A DNA stretch of 64,000 nt. Source: Limisphaerales bacterium (GTDB lineage Bacteria > Patescibacteriota > Microgenomatia > UBA1400 > PJMF01). The notes below the pieces were generated by a model. It had not been told where the DNA came from, did no database searches, and worked only from the letters and a program-made list of their open reading frames with translations. The stretch's first letter is position 1. The number at the start of each line of letters is the position of its first letter. Made by a program: the position numbers and the translations under genes. Location of the stretch: contig JBILGT010000003.1 of the NCBI GenBank assembly GCA_044350895.1, forward strand, positions 10,671 through 74,670, in the 5' to 3' direction. Positions 17,440 through 26,491 of the stretch are shown here, one piece after another.

Positions 17440-18420
17440 GAATGATTTTTTAAATCTTCTAAAAAAAGCTGTTATGCCCGTGATAGTAAAACCTGAAACA
17501 TCGGCAACTCCGAGTTCCGATAATTATAACGGAAAACAAATTCGTTCAAGTAAAACTGCAAATACTTCTTTGAAACAGCGTGGTGAGTCCCAGAAATAGA
17601 ACGCTTAACCTGACTCCAAAATCCCTCAATTGTGTTTGTGTGTACATTTCCACGCACGTATTCTTTGATTCCATGCTGGATAACTTCATGTAAGTAACCG
17701 TCTTTTTCTACACGGTTATAGACTGGAAATTCATCTGTCATAACTGCACTACCTAAAGTAACATTCTCTCTCAAAATTGGAATAACAGTGGCAGACTTAA
17801 CATTGTCTACATGTTTAGCACGAACACTGCCACCACGTTGTACTACTCCAACTACTGCTGCTTTATCAGTACCACGACCTCTTTTACCGCCTCTACGTGA
17901 GCCGCCTATATATGTTTCGTCTGCCTCAACAGTACCACTTAAAGGATCTTTACCTTGTGTCATTAAACTTCTGATCTGATGTGTCATACGCCATGCACAT
18001 TTATAAGTAACACCTAATTGGCGTTGCACTTCTTTAGCACTTACACCATTACGAGCAGATGCAAATAAAAACAGTGCATGAAACCATAGAGTGAGTGGTG
18101 TACTACTCTTATGAAAGATCGTTCCTGCTGTAGGGTGTAATTGAAAACCACAATGTGAACAGGAATAACACTTACGTGTACTTACTCTGTAAAAACTATT
18201 CTCAGCCTTACATTCTGGACAAATAGGATCAGGAAAACGCATAGCAAAGATATACGCAATACACGCATCATCGTTAGGAAAATCTTTGAGTAAATCAGCT
18301 ATGGTATACTTAGCTTGCTTGGCTTTCATGACCATTATTATAGCATTTATTTACATGTTGTAAAGGGATACTTGCCTTGTATTTTTACTAGTACTACTAT
18401 ACCTGAGATACAACATGCTC
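17440..18420. mobile_element. IS1595-family insertion sequence (boundaries approximate; terminal inverted repeats not resolved by eye)
   Basis: A transposase gene flanked by short non-coding stretches. It lies within or adjacent to an AT-rich island (16531-18520). I could not confidently identify the IRs or target-site duplication. Confidence 0.4.
17472..18335 (-). CDS. IS1595-family (ISXO2-like) transposase with N-terminal zinc-ribbon
   Basis: 287 aa. Cys cluster CPECKAENSFYRV...CYSCSHCGFQ, then an ISXO2-like DDE region ..VEADETYIGG.. and ..HTNTIEGFWSQVKRSISGTHHAVSKKYLQFYLNEFVFRYNYR. Confidence 0.85.
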   Translation of the reverse strand: MVMKAKQAKYTIADLLKDFPNDDACIAYIFAMRFPDPICPECKAENSFYRVSTRKCYSCSHCGFQLHPTAGTIFHKSSTPLTLWFHALFLFASARNGVSAKEVQRQLGVTYKCAWRMTHQIRSLMTQGKDPLSGTVEADETYIGGSRRGGKRGRGTDKAAVVGVVQRGGSVRAKHVDNVKSATVIPILRENVTLGSAVMTDEFPVYNRVEKDGYLHEVIQHGIKEYVRGNVHTNTIEGFWSQVKRSISGTHHAVSKKYLQFYLNEFVFRYNYRNSELPMFQVLLSRA

Positions 18421-18461
18421 CACAATGCAAACGCATGAATATTTGTTGTGTCTTTGTGCCT

Positions 18462-18490
18462 TTGCACTCCTGAGAGAGTATGCATATAAT
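18462..18490 (+). promoter_or_regulatory. Sigma70-like promoter TTGCAC-17-TATAAT upstream of the P-loop kinase gene
   Basis: -35 at 18462-18467, 17-nt spacer, -10 TATAAT at 18485-18490; the ATG is at 18520. Confidence 0.4.
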
Positions 18491-18519
18491 ACCTATTTAT
18501 AACTTCAAAGGTTTTTCGT

Positions 18520-19173
18520 ATGTCACAAACAACTGATGGTCACTTTGTGTATAAGAATATTACTGTTTCTGGTTTGCCTGGATCAGGATCAACAACGTTG
18601 TTAAATAAATTACGTGACCATTCTGAATTGAAGTTTCATGGTTGGACTGGATTTAGTGGTGGTGAGTTCATGCGCTCCTATGCAGCTGAGAAAGGTTTGC
18701 TTGATCAGAACGGCAAATTGCATCATACAGCTGAGGCATATGGGGAAGACTTTGATCGTGAAGTTGATTATGGAATGAGAACTCGACTTTCCCAAGAGAA
18801 GCACTGGATTCTTGAATCATGGCTCTCAGGATTTATGGCACAAGGTGTGCCAGGTACATTTAAGATTTTAATGATTTGTAGCAATATGGCGGTAAAGGTG
18901 GATCGTATTGTCAACCGCGATCACGTTACTCCAGATCTCGCACTTGAACATATGAATCATCGATATAAGGCGAATGTGGCGAAATGGCGTCGTATGTACA
19001 AACAAGAATGGCACGATTGGGTGGTCAAAACGGGAAAAGCGGATGAGAGTGATCCAATTGATTTTTGGCAGCCAAATTTATACGATATAGTCATAGACAC
19101 ATATTCCACCAACCAGACTGAGTCCCTGGAACAAGTATTACATGCCATCACTTCAAAAAACACAAACCAATGA
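18520..19173 (+). CDS. P-loop NTPase, nucleoside/nucleotide kinase-like (cytidylate kinase-like family)
   Basis: 217 aa. Walker A ITVSGLPGSGSTTLLNKL sits near the N-terminus. The size and layout match small nucleotide kinases. Confidence 0.55.
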   Translation: MSQTTDGHFVYKNITVSGLPGSGSTTLLNKLRDHSELKFHGWTGFSGGEFMRSYAAEKGLLDQNGKLHHTAEAYGEDFDREVDYGMRTRLSQEKHWILESWLSGFMAQGVPGTFKILMICSNMAVKVDRIVNRDHVTPDLALEHMNHRYKANVAKWRRMYKQEWHDWVVKTGKADESDPIDFWQPNLYDIVIDTYSTNQTESLEQVLHAITSKNTNQ

Positions 19174-19840
19174 TCGAGTGGTAGCCCTTGCAAAGCAGTC
19201 ACATGTTGTATTCTATCCGTTACTTTGCTTGACATTAATACTGTGGATTTTATATAGATCGTTATTTACCTTTCCCGTTTGGTTTGATGAAATTATTGGA
19301 AAAGCACTCTTCTTTGGGCTTCCGGTGTGGTTATACATCACCGTAGCTGGGTCCAAGAAAATCACTGAAACACTTTCCATGCGTAAGCTCCAACCAGGAG
19401 TTTTACTGGGTTTAGCAATGGGTGGTATCTTTGGATTCATAACTACACTGCTGGCACTCCTTGCCAAGGATTCCCAAATTGAAGCGGTGGCACTGTTTAA
19501 CTCATCACGCTTTTGGGGTGAATTTATTCTGGCACTGTTCACTGCTTTTTGGGAAACTTTGTTATTTTTTAGTTTTGCTCTGACCGTGATTCAAGAAAAA
19601 TATGAAAACTGGTCTGAAAGTTCTCAAGCACTGCTTACCGCAGGAATTTTCCTTATTTTTCACATTCCCAACATTATCATTCGATTCCATGGCTCAGTTG
19701 AGACGATGGTGTTGCAAGCACTGTTGTTATTTCTTTTTGCATTAGGTCAATCATTTGTGTTTATTGGGCGGCGAAATACATATGCCCTTATTCTTTCCCA
19801 TGCTATCTGGGGAATGGTCTTACTCGTTCATAGCTGGTAA
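19142..19840 (+). CDS. CPBP/Abi-family intramembrane protease-like protein (degenerate motifs)
   Basis: 232 aa, polytopic. FWETLLFF is EExxFRG-like with the Arg missing. IFLIFHIP matches FxxxH. HAIWG is HxxxN-like without the Asn. Confidence 0.4.
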   Translation: MPSLQKTQTNDRVVALAKQSHVVFYPLLCLTLILWILYRSLFTFPVWFDEIIGKALFFGLPVWLYITVAGSKKITETLSMRKLQPGVLLGLAMGGIFGFITTLLALLAKDSQIEAVALFNSSRFWGEFILALFTAFWETLLFFSFALTVIQEKYENWSESSQALLTAGIFLIFHIPNIIIRFHGSVETMVLQALLLFLFALGQSFVFIGRRNTYALILSHAIWGMVLLVHSW

Positions 19841-20422
19841 ATGCGTGTACAATACGGTCTTCGTGATCTATTATTTATGACAAATTTTGCGCAGAAAAGT
19901 TTATCTTTTGGACTCTTTGCCTTCGGCACATTGATCCTCGCTACCTCATTAATTGCAGCCAATAAAGCCTCAACAGGTGATACCAGTCGGTTAATGGGCC
20001 AAAAAGTCTACATGGGCAGAACCATACTGCCTGATCACTTATTGTATCCAGCTGTAATGATTGGTGATCGCATCAAGCTACAAATGGCACCTCACGAAGA
20101 GTCAATTCTTCTCCAAGTAGAATACTCAGACCGCCGCTATCGATATGCTGCTGAGTTACTGCATAAAGGACAGCCACAGTTGGCATTTACTACCCTTACA
20201 AAGTCTCAAAAGTACTTATTGATGGCAAGCAATGAAGTTTTAGTTGACCCTTCCAAAGTTGATAAAAAAACAATCATGACTGTTCGTGATGCCTTAGATC
20301 ACTCAATTTATAGACTCGAAAAATTTAAGTCAGATGAAGCCAATGCAGATGCTTCCGCGATTGATCAGCTTATTTTAGAAAGCAAAGTTTTACTCCAAAA
20401 TATTACTGCCGCACTTGAATAG
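19841..20422 (+). CDS. Hypothetical membrane-anchored protein
   Basis: 193 aa with one N-proximal TM (LSFGLFAFGTLILATSLIAA). Its start abuts the stop of the upstream gene. No recognisable domain. Confidence 0.5.
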   Translation: MRVQYGLRDLLFMTNFAQKSLSFGLFAFGTLILATSLIAANKASTGDTSRLMGQKVYMGRTILPDHLLYPAVMIGDRIKLQMAPHEESILLQVEYSDRRYRYAAELLHKGQPQLAFTTLTKSQKYLLMASNEVLVDPSKVDKKTIMTVRDALDHSIYRLEKFKSDEANADASAIDQLILESKVLLQNITAALE

Positions 20423-20493
20423 AAATGTGCTAGTTTGATTGGTTGACAGTATGCCCTCCCGCGTGAGATTCTTTATATCCTCCGTTACATAAA

Positions 20494-20541
20494 ACACAAC
20501 ATTTTGTGTCTTACACAACGGATAAGCACAATTTACTGTGG
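20494..20541 (+). promoter_or_regulatory. Two candidate NrdR boxes upstream of nrdR-RNR operon
   Basis: Box 1 is ACACAACATTTTGTGT (20494-20509), a near-perfect palindrome matching the NrdR-box consensus acaCwAtATaTwGtgt. Box 2 is the weaker GCACAATTTACTGTGG (20526-20541). Their centres are 32 bp apart, about three helical turns. Confidence 0.45.
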
Positions 20542-20555
20542 TTTAGAAAAATTCT

Positions 20556-21017
20556 ATGAAGTGTCCGTATTGCGGTAAGACTGAGACGTCTGTCGTTGAC
20601 TCACGCGAAGCCGAAGATGTCACTAGTATCCGTCGACGGCGCCACTGCACAGAATGTGGCAAACGATTTACTACGTATGAACGGGTGGAAGGCATTGACC
20701 TTAAAGTCATTAAAAAAAATGGCACTAAGGAAGCTTTTAGCCGCGAAAAACTACGCCGAGGAATTGTTAAAGCCACTTGGAAGCGCCCTGTCTCAATGAG
20801 TCTTGTTGAGGCACTACTTGATGAAGTAGAGCGCAAGTTGCGACAAAAAGAAGTTTGCGAAGTGAAGAGTTGGGAAATTGGTAACTTGGTCATTAACCGC
20901 CTTAAGCGAATTGATCCACTTTCCTATCTTTTATTTGCCAGCGTGTACCGCGATTTTGAAAGTATTGAAGACTTTGAAGTAGAAATTACACGGCTTAAAG
21001 ATCCGATAGCTGAATAG
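20556..21017 (+). CDS. nrdR: Transcriptional repressor NrdR (zinc ribbon + ATP-cone)
   Basis: MKCPYCGKTETSVVDSREAEDVTSIRRRRHCTECGKRFTTYERVE matches the canonical NrdR N-terminus. 153 aa. Confidence 0.9.
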   Translation: MKCPYCGKTETSVVDSREAEDVTSIRRRRHCTECGKRFTTYERVEGIDLKVIKKNGTKEAFSREKLRRGIVKATWKRPVSMSLVEALLDEVERKLRQKEVCEVKSWEIGNLVINRLKRIDPLSYLLFASVYRDFESIEDFEVEITRLKDPIAE

Positions 21018-21033
21018 AAAAGGAGAATACAGT

Positions 21034-23238
21034 ATGTCACCAGCACTGCCAAAGAAAAAAATGCACTTCACCAACAGAAAATTGGATGGGGGAATGGGAA
21101 TGGCAGTGGCTCGCCGCACCTATTTGCGCCGTGTTATTGATGCCAAAACAGGCTATGAGCGTTGGGAAACATGGGAAGAAGTGGCAGAGCGTGTGGCATT
21201 GGGAAATACTAGTTTGCTGGGATACAGCAAAGATAAAAAATGGGACAAACACAGAAAAGAAGACTACTCCATTTTAAAAAAGCACATTAGTAATGGTTCA
21301 ATCTTGATGTCAGGTAGACATCTCCAACACGGTGATCTCACTCAGTCAGAGCGCAATATGGAAGTTTTCACCAATTGTTCTACAGCTACCAGTTCATATA
21401 TTTTGTTTTACCTCTTAATGAATGGATCTGGAGTAGGTCGTCCATATGATGATGATTTGTGTGTGGTCAACTGGGATAATGTTCCTAATGTACGGTGTGT
21501 GATTGATGATTCTCATGCTGACTTTGTCTGGGGATTTGACGAAAGTGTCCGCGACGCCAAGCACAAATATGGCGACAGTGACAGTGTGCACTGGTTTGAA
21601 GTGCCTGATAGTCGTGAAGGCTGGTCTCAAGCCATTGAGATGATGGAAGTCATGGCATTTGAAAAGAAGTTCAAAGATGACATCTTAATTTTAGACTTTT
21701 CTAAAGTTCGTCCAAAAGGTGCCCCAATTAAAGGTATGCAAGATCGTCCTTCTTCTGGTCCAAAGCCATTGATGAACGGTATTGAAAAAGTGGCCACCAT
21801 CAAAGGTGCTGGCATGTCTCCATGGAAACAAGCGATGTTTGTTGATCACTATCTGGCAGAATGTGTGCTCGTGGGTGGTGCACGCCGCAGTGCTCGTATT
21901 GCTACCAAAGCCTGGAACGATCCTGAAATTTTTGACTTCATCAACATCAAACGTGGTGGCTTCTTATGGAGTGCCAATAACTCAGTGGCAGTGGATGATA
22001 AATTCTGGAAGCAACGCACCAATCATGCGCGCAAAGTGCTGAGCACAATTTTGAAAGCTGCGTATGAAGATGGCACTGGTGAGCCAGGCTTTGTGAATCA
22101 ACACCGTCTTGTTCAGAATGATGATGGTTTTGATGACTATGCAGACGGCAAATATGCTGAAAGCAAAAAATACAAACCACTCGCTCGCACAGAAAAAATG
22201 CTCTCTCGCATTGCTCGCAATGCCAGTGCAAAGGTGTACACCCAGATTCCCAACCCATGTGGTGAAATTTCACTCAACATGCTTGGTGGCTACTGTGTCA
22301 TCTCAGATGTGGTGCCGTACTATGCCCCTACAATTGACGATGCTGAAGAGGCATTCAGAGCAACCACCCGCGCACTGATTCGCGTTAACAGTTTCATGGA
22401 TAGTTTGTACAACCGTGAAGTCAAACGAACCAACCGTATTGGTGTTGGTATGACTGGTATTCATGAATTTGCTTGGAACATGTTCGGCTATGCATTTAGA
22501 GATTTGATTGATGAAGAGAAGACCAAAGACTTTTGGTTGACACTATCTCGTTTCAAACGTGCTGTCGTGGAAGAAGCTGAGAGCTATTCAAAACTGCTCA
22601 AGGTCAATGTGCCACACACCAATACAACGATCAAGCCGTCTGGTACGATCTCCAAGCTCTTTGCTTTGACTGAAGGTGCGCATCTTCCGTCAATGCGTGA
22701 GTACATTCGCTGGGTACAGTATCGATCAGATGACCCACAGGTCGAGAAGTACAAGAAAAAAGGCTATCCAGTTAAAGAACTGAAAAGCTATCAAGGTTCC
22801 ACTGTGGTTGGCTTCCCAACTCAGCCGCTCATCTGCCGCCTTGGCATGAATGGCCAGCTCGTTACTGCTGGAGAAGCTACTCCAGAAGAACAGTACAAGT
22901 GGTTGATGCTGCTTGAGAAATACTGGATTGTGGGTGTTGATGAACAAGGAAATCCAATGGAAGACACTGGTAACCAAGTTTCGTACACACTCAAGTACGA
23001 TCCTAAAAAAGTCAGCTTCAAAGAGTTCAACACCATGGTTAACAAATACCAAGGTTTGATCAAATGCTGCTCTGTGATGCCACAACAAGACAGTACCGCG
23101 TATGAGTATCAGCCTGAACAACCAGTCACTATCAGTGAGTTCATGAAAGTTCTTGATGAAATTGAGAGTGATGAATCATTGCTTGAAGACATCGATTACG
23201 AACATCTCAAATGTGAGAGTGGTGCCTGTCCTATTTAA
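21034..23238 (+). CDS. nrdJ: Class II adenosylcobalamin-dependent ribonucleoside-triphosphate reductase, monomeric Lactobacillus leichmannii RTPR type
   Basis: 734 aa. Blocks are colinear with L. leichmannii RTPR (739 aa): VPDSREGW, DFSKVRPKGAPIKG..SGPKPL, RRSARIA, WSANNSVAVD, GEPGFVN, the active-site NPCGEISL, NRIGVGMTG, TTIKPSGTISKL, and the C-terminal redox pair CESGACPI. Confidence 0.9.
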   Translation: MSPALPKKKMHFTNRKLDGGMGMAVARRTYLRRVIDAKTGYERWETWEEVAERVALGNTSLLGYSKDKKWDKHRKEDYSILKKHISNGSILMSGRHLQHGDLTQSERNMEVFTNCSTATSSYILFYLLMNGSGVGRPYDDDLCVVNWDNVPNVRCVIDDSHADFVWGFDESVRDAKHKYGDSDSVHWFEVPDSREGWSQAIEMMEVMAFEKKFKDDILILDFSKVRPKGAPIKGMQDRPSSGPKPLMNGIEKVATIKGAGMSPWKQAMFVDHYLAECVLVGGARRSARIATKAWNDPEIFDFINIKRGGFLWSANNSVAVDDKFWKQRTNHARKVLSTILKAAYEDGTGEPGFVNQHRLVQNDDGFDDYADGKYAESKKYKPLARTEKMLSRIARNASAKVYTQIPNPCGEISLNMLGGYCVISDVVPYYAPTIDDAEEAFRATTRALIRVNSFMDSLYNREVKRTNRIGVGMTGIHEFAWNMFGYAFRDLIDEEKTKDFWLTLSRFKRAVVEEAESYSKLLKVNVPHTNTTIKPSGTISKLFALTEGAHLPSMREYIRWVQYRSDDPQVEKYKKKGYPVKELKSYQGSTVVGFPTQPLICRLGMNGQLVTAGEATPEEQYKWLMLLEKYWIVGVDEQGNPMEDTGNQVSYTLKYDPKKVSFKEFNTMVNKYQGLIKCCSVMPQQDSTAYEYQPEQPVTISEFMKVLDEIESDESLLEDIDYEHLKCESGACPI

Positions 23239-23405
23239 TGCAACGTGTGCATGGTAGTACAATAAAAGTGAAATAATTATCTGTGATAAATGAACTTTTA
23301 TTACAGTTACAACAGTGATGAATCTGTACATCTCAGAAAGATACAGTTTATCACTGTTGTGTTTTGTATCAATTTCTTACACACTAAGTAAGGAAGCAGA
23401 AGCAT

Positions 23406-26111
23406 ATGTCAGAAACACCACAACCACAGCAAGAAGCATTACCTCAACAAGAAAGTAAGTCATTGGAAGAAGCTCGAAAACTGATGGCTCATGTTGCAAG
23501 TGAATTAAGTCAAGCCAATGCTGAAGTAGAAGCAGGAAAATTTGCAGAAGCAAAAGCTCGTTTAGAGAAAGTAGATAAACATTATACTGAAGAAGATAAA
23601 AAACTAGAGCCTGGAGTGATGGATACTCAGGAGATGAAAGCTGCCTACGACGCAAATGTTAGATTATTTAGAGCCCTAAACGGTAGAGTCAATAAAGGCT
23701 TGGCAGCAGCTACTGAACAAGCTCCACAACAACCTATAGCTAATGAAGCCCCTAGTCCAGATGCAACTATTGCCACCGAAACAGTAAACACTGACGCTCC
23801 CGCTACTGATGGCGAGGTAATTGAGGGAGTAGTAACAGGTGCAGAGCCAGCTAATTCAGTTACCACTGATCAAGTTGCTACTCAAAATGGAACGACAGGT
23901 GATAGGCCAGGAGGCTCTACATTAGACGAGATCAGAGCAGACAATGATGTGATATTCGGAGATGGAGCGGGCGATAAAATGGTCGCCGAATTGCAAGCTC
24001 AAATTAATGCGGATCAAGCCCAAGGTGATGGAGCAGCTTCACAAACTACTGAGGCCCCAGTCGCCGATGTTATTACAGAATCACCGGTAGCTGATGCGAT
24101 CCCAGCTGCACCAACAACAGATACGACACAACCTGCGGAATCAGCAACTCCTGGAGCTGTTGCTAACGCCGCTGAAGCCCCAGCCGTAAACCCAGAACGA
24201 GCAGCATTGCAAGCTCGCGTGACTGAAAGAGTCCAAGGCACTTTAAATAGAATCAACGACAGATTTAATAACTTACCAGCGGATCAACGCGCAACTTTAG
24301 AGCAAGTAATGGTAACCGACATGATGCTCCGTATGGACAGGCTTCACGCAACTGGTCGTCCTGTAACCACAGGTGACGAGCGCATGAATATCATGGCAGC
24401 AATAATGGGTACATTGCATGATAGGAACTTGATTCCTGGTCAACAGTTAAATTGGCTGGGTAACGATGCCTTTAGTAGTTTGATGGATCAGACCATGAAT
24501 GGATATTATGGTAGAAATACCTTCAATACAGGAGATGTATATACAGATGGTAGAATGCAATATAGGGGTGGACGTATGATAGAACGCGCAGGAGCACAAC
24601 ACACGCCAACAACTCAACCAACAGAATCGGCGACTCCGGCGTCGAATCAAGAACAACGGCCAGCAGGACAGGTAGTAGAACAAACAACTGCACAACCTGA
24701 ACGGAATGGTCGTATAAGAGGATTTGTTCGAGGAATTCAAGACTGGTGGGCAAGAACAGGCAATGGCGCTCCAGCAGCTGAAGTACTACCTGCAATTGCA
24801 CCTACTACAGCAAGAACAGCTGAAGCTCCCTCTGTTGCTCCAGCAGCCGCAGAAGCAGGCGCTACAACAACCCCAGCGCCTACTGAAGCCGCCACAGCTA
24901 CTGCAGCACCTGTAGCAACAGAATCAAACCCAGCTACTGATGTAGCTGAAACAAATATAGGTGAACTCACCGCAGAACAAATTGCAGAAGCCATTGCTAA
25001 AAACTCTGCAAATCGTACGGGTGAAAATGATGAACGAAAAGATGATGGAACACCACCACCTCCAGAAGCCCCAGCTCCAGCAGCAATGCTGGCTCGGTTG
25101 CATGAAGTTGAAGGTGCTATAAAAGAAATGCCAGCAGATACTATTGAAGGCATTTCTGATGAACAGCTGGAACAGCTGGCTGAAGCAGCTGACATCCTAT
25201 TTACTCTAGATCATGATGAAGCGTTTCAAGCAGATGCAACTCAAGAGAATTTTGCATTGATGGATGCAATTACTCAGTTGATTCGTCAAGCATATGAACA
25301 TCAAATGGATTATTTAGCTCAAGAACAAGATCATACATATGATCAGAGATGTGAAAGGATTGCTCTCTTAGTTGAAATGACAGCACCTGCAATGCAACCT
25401 GAATTGGCAGATAGCGGTGATGCTGATCAAATGGATAGATTCATCCAACAAATTATTAATGAAAAAATTGGTCCGCGCCCACGTGCCGCGCGGCAGAACA
25501 AAGATCGTGCAGAGTGGCGTGAAAAAGTACGGGAAGTCAGAGTACGACGACTTGATTCTCAACAAGCACAACGTGAAGGAGAATTAAAAGGAAAAACCAA
25601 AGAATATATAATTCGTAAAGCAATGGAAGCTGTTGATGCAATTGATAATGCAGCTGTAATTGTTCGCACACTCGATATCCGAACACAAAGAGTTCTTGAA
25701 AATCTTGAGGCTCGACTTGAGACGCGTCTTGATGAATTAGCCGCTAGTGGTATTGAGTTTACCAATCAGCTTGCAGGAGCAGGAGATCAGCTTACTGAAG
25801 GGCTACTCGTTCTAGGTGCAGATGTGAGCACAGTAGTAGAACAATTCATATTTGTTGATGCAGGAGAAATCTGGGACAAAAAGTGGGATCAAAGCAAGCG
25901 TTGGTTGGGAACTCCAGTACGTTTTGCAGCAGAGAAAGTTAAGGAATTCAGAGCAAACAGACGCCAAAAATTAGAAAAAGCAGAACAAAAGAAAGCTGAA
26001 AACAGAGCTGTAGCACGATCTAATTACCAGACTATAAATACCGAACGCCGCCGCAGAGCTGAAACACCAGGAGCAGTAAGAACACAATTACAAAGATTGC
26101 GTGATCAATAA
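23406..26111 (+). CDS. Large low-complexity (Ala/Thr/Pro/Gln/Glu-rich) hypothetical protein
   Basis: 901 aa with no signal peptide or TM. There are extensive compositionally biased stretches and no recognisable catalytic motif. Confidence 0.6.
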   Translation: MSETPQPQQEALPQQESKSLEEARKLMAHVASELSQANAEVEAGKFAEAKARLEKVDKHYTEEDKKLEPGVMDTQEMKAAYDANVRLFRALNGRVNKGLAAATEQAPQQPIANEAPSPDATIATETVNTDAPATDGEVIEGVVTGAEPANSVTTDQVATQNGTTGDRPGGSTLDEIRADNDVIFGDGAGDKMVAELQAQINADQAQGDGAASQTTEAPVADVITESPVADAIPAAPTTDTTQPAESATPGAVANAAEAPAVNPERAALQARVTERVQGTLNRINDRFNNLPADQRATLEQVMVTDMMLRMDRLHATGRPVTTGDERMNIMAAIMGTLHDRNLIPGQQLNWLGNDAFSSLMDQTMNGYYGRNTFNTGDVYTDGRMQYRGGRMIERAGAQHTPTTQPTESATPASNQEQRPAGQVVEQTTAQPERNGRIRGFVRGIQDWWARTGNGAPAAEVLPAIAPTTARTAEAPSVAPAAAEAGATTTPAPTEAATATAAPVATESNPATDVAETNIGELTAEQIAEAIAKNSANRTGENDERKDDGTPPPPEAPAPAAMLARLHEVEGAIKEMPADTIEGISDEQLEQLAEAADILFTLDHDEAFQADATQENFALMDAITQLIRQAYEHQMDYLAQEQDHTYDQRCERIALLVEMTAPAMQPELADSGDADQMDRFIQQIINEKIGPRPRAARQNKDRAEWREKVREVRVRRLDSQQAQREGELKGKTKEYIIRKAMEAVDAIDNAAVIVRTLDIRTQRVLENLEARLETRLDELAASGIEFTNQLAGAGDQLTEGLLVLGADVSTVVEQFIFVDAGEIWDKKWDQSKRWLGTPVRFAAEKVKEFRANRRQKLEKAEQKKAENRAVARSNYQTINTERRRRAETPGAVRTQLQRLRDQ

Positions 26112-26430
26112 AGGAGTAAGTATGCCCAATAAGCAAGCGATTAAGGATCAATTCCAATCACTGAATATTATTCCTGAAGTTAAAGAACAAATTTTTAAAC
26201 GGTTAGAAATATATTCTGAGGAGCTGACAGAAGCACAGCTGGTTGATTTTGAGACATTCTTAGATGACGTTGCAGTCCGTGAAGAAAAAGTGCTGGGACT
26301 TCTTGATGATTATCTTGAAAAAGTTGAGAATATAGTAAAGGAAGATGACCTCAAAATGGAACAAACTCTTGACGCAATCAATGCCAAAGCAGAAGCTCTT
26401 AAAGCCAAAGCTCAAGCACTCGCTCAATAA
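26101..26430 (+). CDS. Small coiled-coil hypothetical protein
   Basis: 109 aa. The likely real start is MPNKQ at ~26122. It is charged and helical, and sits between two large unknown proteins. Confidence 0.45.
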   Translation: MINKGVSMPNKQAIKDQFQSLNIIPEVKEQIFKRLEIYSEELTEAQLVDFETFLDDVAVREEKVLGLLDDYLEKVENIVKEDDLKMEQTLDAINAKAEALKAKAQALAQ

Positions 26431-26491
26431 GTCACTGCAAAAAACAGGATATCAGTTCCAGCCAGTTTATCTGTATACTGATATGTAGTGT

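Noticed and set aside
17402-17599. 65-aa ORF overlapping the 3' end of the transposase gene
   Set aside because: It is antisense to the conserved transposase C-terminus and has no signals.
17440-18420. Precise IS boundaries and target-site duplication
   Set aside because: I could not identify convincing terminal inverted repeats by eye. Boundaries are given as approximate only.
24737-25195. 152-aa Ala/Ser-rich minus-strand ORF
   Set aside because: It is antisense to the Ala/Thr/Pro-rich region of the 901-aa gene, so the compositional mirror image is expected.
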